Shown here: piece by piece, positions 63,518 through 64,000 of the stretch
Numbering within the stretch: position 1 is the first letter of the stretch
Layout of the letters: each line of letters starts with the position of its first letter
NCBI RefSeq assembly: GCF_004010195.1
Contig: NC_057728.1
Location: 61,749,956-61,813,955 of the forward strand
Length of the DNA stretch: 64,000 nt
Direction of reading: 5' to 3'
DNA from: Chiloscyllium plagiosum
Lineage: Eukaryota
The notes under the pieces: model-generated
The model's input: the letters and a program-made list of their open reading frames with translations, nothing else
The model's database searches: none
What the model was told of the DNA's origin: nothing
Made by a program: the position numbers and the translations under genes

Positions 63518-64000
63518 AAACAAACCTTCCAACTCAGCGAGCAAACTTACATCCAGAACCTCAACCTGAGCTATAATCTTCTCCAAGCTCACTATTTCAG
63601 AAAATGTCTGCCCTTAATTTATCAGAAAGACTACATTCAAACAAACATTCTAAAAGAAAGAAAAAAACAAACCAGGTTCCAGTATGTAACAAGAACTACT
63701 GTTTGTTACAATAAGTTCATTCTGATCACAGTTAAATAGCTGTGAACTACTAACTTGTGACGCTACTAGTTAAAACTTGAACCTCCTTTTAAAATACCTA
63801 TATACACATACAGCTAGACAGAGACAACCAAGAAAATATTGGTTTCATGGATGGAGAGAATGAAAATAGGAATGGTAAATCAATAGGACCAATCCACAGG
63901 AGAAAAATACCACACATTTGTACAAAATGGAAAATGTAGTGGGAACATACACTGCAAAATTCAAAATTATTATCCAATCAACTCATCCAGTTGCATTTTG

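Larger units (their letters stand above)
59808..63593 (+). mobile_element. Penelope-like element with mirrored tandem pLTRs at both ends, 13-bp TSD and nested CR1
   Basis: TSD ATTTCAGAAAATG at 59795-59807 and 63594-63606. ORF N-terminal remnant KYKPPLNIPLAKRIAEKIGCRML (~60258). GIY-YIG NVIYKIPCKNCNKHYIGQTDRKLSTRIYEH (~62665). Inverted pLTRs at 59808-60230 and direct pLTRs at ~62890-63593. Confidence 0.92.

Noticed and set aside
62890-63593. Direct repeats with spacers resembling a CRISPR array
   Set aside because: Vertebrate DNA; the repeats are long Penelope pLTRs and the spacer is identical rather than variable.

Overview
Eukaryotic, vertebrate DNA. The repeat content (HE1/V-SINE-type tRNA SINEs, dense CR1 LINEs, Penelope-like elements) points to a cartilaginous fish, probably a shark; this is inference. 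The only intact gene is the 5' end of ARID2 on the minus strand: coding exons 1-3 at 36406-36500, 36195-36288 and 35475-35572. Bases 1-35474 are read as its large intron 3. A CpG-rich, probably bidirectional promoter lies at about 36550-37620, and 37.6-64 kb is repeat-rich upstream sequence. Intron 3 also holds a decayed processed RBPMS2-like retrocopy. The most striking signal is a set of Penelope-like (PLE) insertions, several built as fold-back (inverted) structures bounded by 11-14 bp target-site duplications. They carry minimal hammerhead ribozyme motifs whose helix I covaries across four to five families. Examples include a 218-bp palindromic hammerhead unit and a 3.8-kb PLE with mirrored terminal repeats that contains a nested CR1 and SINE. 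All family assignments were made by eye; repeat boundaries are approximate unless a TSD is given.
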